From Candidatus Hydrogenedentota bacterium (lineage in GTDB: Bacteria; Hydrogenedentota; Hydrogenedentia; Hydrogenedentales; SLHB01), in assembly GCA_029552745.1 (NCBI GenBank), contig JAKPDK010000070.1, positions 325,268 through 389,267 of the forward strand: 64,000 nt of DNA. The letters run 5' to 3'. A program made the translations under genes and the position numbers. The notes under the pieces are model-generated. The model was not told the origin of the DNA, searched no databases, and saw only the letters and a program-made list of their open reading frames with translations. The number at the start of each line of letters is the position of its first letter. Positions within the stretch are counted from its first letter, which is position 1. Positions 61,713 through 64,000 of this stretch are shown here, piece by piece.

Positions 61713-62105
61713 TCCAATACGTTTGGCGCTTTTTGGTACGTTCGGTTAAGAAGTTGAAGAGAAGATTTCCCATGAAGGTCATTAAGGGAAAGGCATGGAC
61801 GGATGGCATCCCCGAAGTACGTTTGAGCCATTTACGAGCCCCTTTGAGTAGTCGGGATTGCTCGTTTTCCGTACTACGTCCTATTGCACTGTGGCCCCCT
61901 GACTTTACGAGGAGTGCCGTCAGGCACGATGTGGCAATCCCCTCAGGAAGTTGGGGAGGTCTCTGTCTTTATGAGGTGCCCTCTTATGCTGCGCTGTTGG
62001 TGAGGTTGCTTGGTCGCTCGGGGATTCGCTCCTCGCAATGACAACCGGGCGTATCAGCTTAGTCTTCCTTCTCGATGCAGTGCCAAAGGTTTGCGAACTC
62101 AGGCA
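61713..62105. repeat. ~390-bp dispersed non-coding element, copy B
   Basis: Colinear with 49093-49497; contains CGAGGAG...GTGGCAATCCCC...GGTTGCT...CTCCTCGCAATGAC palindromic cassette (61901-62042). Confidence 0.85.
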
Positions 62106-62202
62106 ATACTTGCGGAGAGCTACGTGGGCATGATAGTGTAATACTGTCCGGTCGCCCGCCACTTCGAAGGAGTTTCCCAAATTTCTTGGCCGGGAGACAC
62201 AT

Positions 62203-62916
62203 GTGTCGCAAGAACGTTCAGAAGCCATCGTATTGCGCGGCGTGGATTTCAGCGAGACCAGCCGTATTGTGACATTTTTTTCCCCTCTGAGGGGGCGATT
62301 TTCCTGTATGGCGGCTGGTGCAAGGCGGCCGAAGAGCCCGTTGGGTTCCATATTGGATATCTTCAATCGCGTCGAGATCGTATACTATTGGAAGGAAAAC
62401 CGGGAGGTACAGCGCTTGGCGGAAGCGCAACTCTTGGACAGTTATCCCGGGATAAAGTCTAACGTCCGAAAATCGGTGTTTGCTGCCTTTCCGCTGGAAT
62501 TGGTTTATCATGTCGTCCAACAGAATGAACCGTCCGGGCTGTTATATGAAGTCTTTGTTCGAGGTATGGAGGAAATGAACGATTGGCAAGGGGATCCGCA
62601 AGCCCCCTGTGTATGGCAAGTAATGAGAATCCTCTCAGTAACAGGCTTTGCGCCCAACTTGACGTGTGCTGATAGCTCGGTAGGCTTCTCTTTCGAGCAG
62701 GGGGCGACAAATGATCCGTCGGTTTGGGATAAGATAATTTCGCCGGAGGTTCTTGCTGATTTGCGCATTCTCGCACAGGAGTCGGACCATTGTCCTGGAC
62801 TATCCGATGCACCTGCTGTTTTTGATCTTTTACGCGAGTTTGTTGCAAGACAGGTGGGAAAAGAATTTCGCAGTTTGAGGGTTATCGACCAGGTATTGAA
62901 GACAACAAAAGAATGA
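62203..62916 (+). CDS. recO: DNA repair protein RecO
   Basis: [33 protein letters not shown]. Confidence 0.9.
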   Translation: MSQERSEAIVLRGVDFSETSRIVTFFSPLRGRFSCMAAGARRPKSPLGSILDIFNRVEIVYYWKENREVQRLAEAQLLDSYPGIKSNVRKSVFAAFPLELVYHVVQQNEPSGLLYEVFVRGMEEMNDWQGDPQAPCVWQVMRILSVTGFAPNLTCADSSVGFSFEQGATNDPSVWDKIISPEVLADLRILAQESDHCPGLSDAPAVFDLLREFVARQVGKEFRSLRVIDQVLKTTKE

Positions 62917-64000
62917 GCAGCTCACGAGAACACATAAGGAATTTTTGCATTATTGCCCACGTAGATCACGGCAAGTCTACACTTGCTGACAGGATTCTGG
63001 AATTGACAGGGGCTGTGGACCCGCGCAATCTTAAAGAACAGACGCTCGATACCATGGATATCGAGCGGGAACGCGGAATTACCATAAAAGCGGTCGCGGT
63101 TCGACTAACTTACAAGGCGCAAGATGGCCAGACGTATGTCCTGAACCTCATTGACACTCCAGGACACGTCGATTTTTCGTACGAGGTGTCACGAAGTTTG
63201 GCGGCTTGTGAAGGCGCCGTTTTGCTTGTGGATGCCGCACAAGGTGTGGAAGCGCAAACTCTTGCGCATTTTTATCGAGCATTGGAACAGAATCTTGAGA
63301 TCATACCCGTCATAAACAAGATAGACTTACCCAGTGCTGATATTGATTCGTGTCGTCGCCAAATAACCGAGGTGCTTGGTCTGGAAGGAGACGAGGCTAT
63401 TCTTGCGAGCGCCAAAGAGGGTACGGGCACACGGGAGGTGCTCGAGGCGGTAGTCAAAAGGATACCGTCTCCCAAGGGCGATCCGGATGCCCCTTTGCGC
63501 GCCCTTATATTTGATGCGGTATATGATTCTTACCGCGGGGTGATTGTTTACATCCGAATTGTCGACGGGAGAGCAACCAAAGGACAAGAGATTGTGTTCA
63601 TGTCCAGCGGGGATCGGTATGACATTGTGGAACTTGGGGTGTTTCGTCCCGCTCCGGATCCCATGGAATCGCTGGAAACGGGAGAAGTTGGTTATCTCAT
63701 CTGCAATATCAAAACCCTACGTAGCGTGAAAATTGGGGATACGGTGACCGATGTGGCTTCTCCTGCAAAGGATCCTCTGCCGGGGTATGAGCAGATTAAA
63801 CCGGTGGTTTTTTGCGGACTTTACCCGGCGGCGGCAAGTGACTATGAAGAACTCCGCAATGCCCTGGAAAAACTGCAATTGAACGACGCCTCTTTTGTAT
63901 TTCAAGCGGACAATTCCGACGCGTTGGGTTTTGGGTTCCGACTGGGATTTCTCGGCTTGTTACATATGGAGATTATCCAAGAACGCTTAGAAAGGGAGTT
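62913..64000 (+). CDS. lepA: elongation factor 4 (partial, runs off window end)
   Basis: Hand translation: [27 protein letters not shown]...[10 protein letters not shown]...[11 protein letters not shown]...NKID...[14 protein letters not shown]. Confidence 0.97.
   Translation, partial: MSSSREHIRNFCIIAHVDHGKSTLADRILELTGAVDPRNLKEQTLDTMDIERERGITIKAVAVRLTYKAQDGQTYVLNLIDTPGHVDFSYEVSRSLAACEGAVLLVDAAQGVEAQTLAHFYRALEQNLEIIPVINKIDLPSADIDSCRRQITEVLGLEGDEAILASAKEGTGTREVLEAVVKRIPSPKGDPDAPLRALIFDAVYDSYRGVIVYIRIVDGRATKGQEIVFMSSGDRYDIVELGVFRPAPDPMESLETGEVGYLICNIKTLRSVKIGDTVTDVASPAKDPLPGYEQIKPVVFCGLYPAAASDYEELRNALEKLQLNDASFVFQADNSDALGFGFRLGFLGLLHMEIIQERLERE

Overview
A gene-dense bacterial chromosomal window (~50% GC by eye) with no phage, CRISPR or transposase content. 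The Tat-Gfo/Idh/MocA, HEAT, GH2 and V-ATPase repertoire is suggestive of a Ca. Hydrogenedentes/PVC-like organism, but that is a guess. In order it carries: pta (partial)-ackA; cysK-metY-cystathionine gamma-synthase-like-metX/metW fusion; ankyrin lipoprotein, rnhA, hybrid kinase, D,D-carboxypeptidase; ybaB-fmt-rsmB-PASTA-rpe; an OlsB/OlsA-like aminolipid pair; a TetR-controlled RND pump; trkH; a divergent thyA-like gene and ECF sigma factor; sugar kinases, epimerases, GH2 and MFS; a complete Na+-signature V/A-type ATPase operon; a sugar ABC importer; recO-lepA (partial). Two signals stand out. (1) A fluoride riboswitch with its own promoter and terminator heads a run of genes with no Fluc/CLC-F exporter: an unknown protein, a DUF6062-like Zn protein, a cation:proton antiporter and a small Cys-rich protein. 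(2) An unannotated ~400-bp non-coding element occurs as two diverged copies (~49093-49497 and ~61713-62105), each in a divergent intergenic region, with subterminal inverted repeats, an internal palindromic cassette and a variable core.
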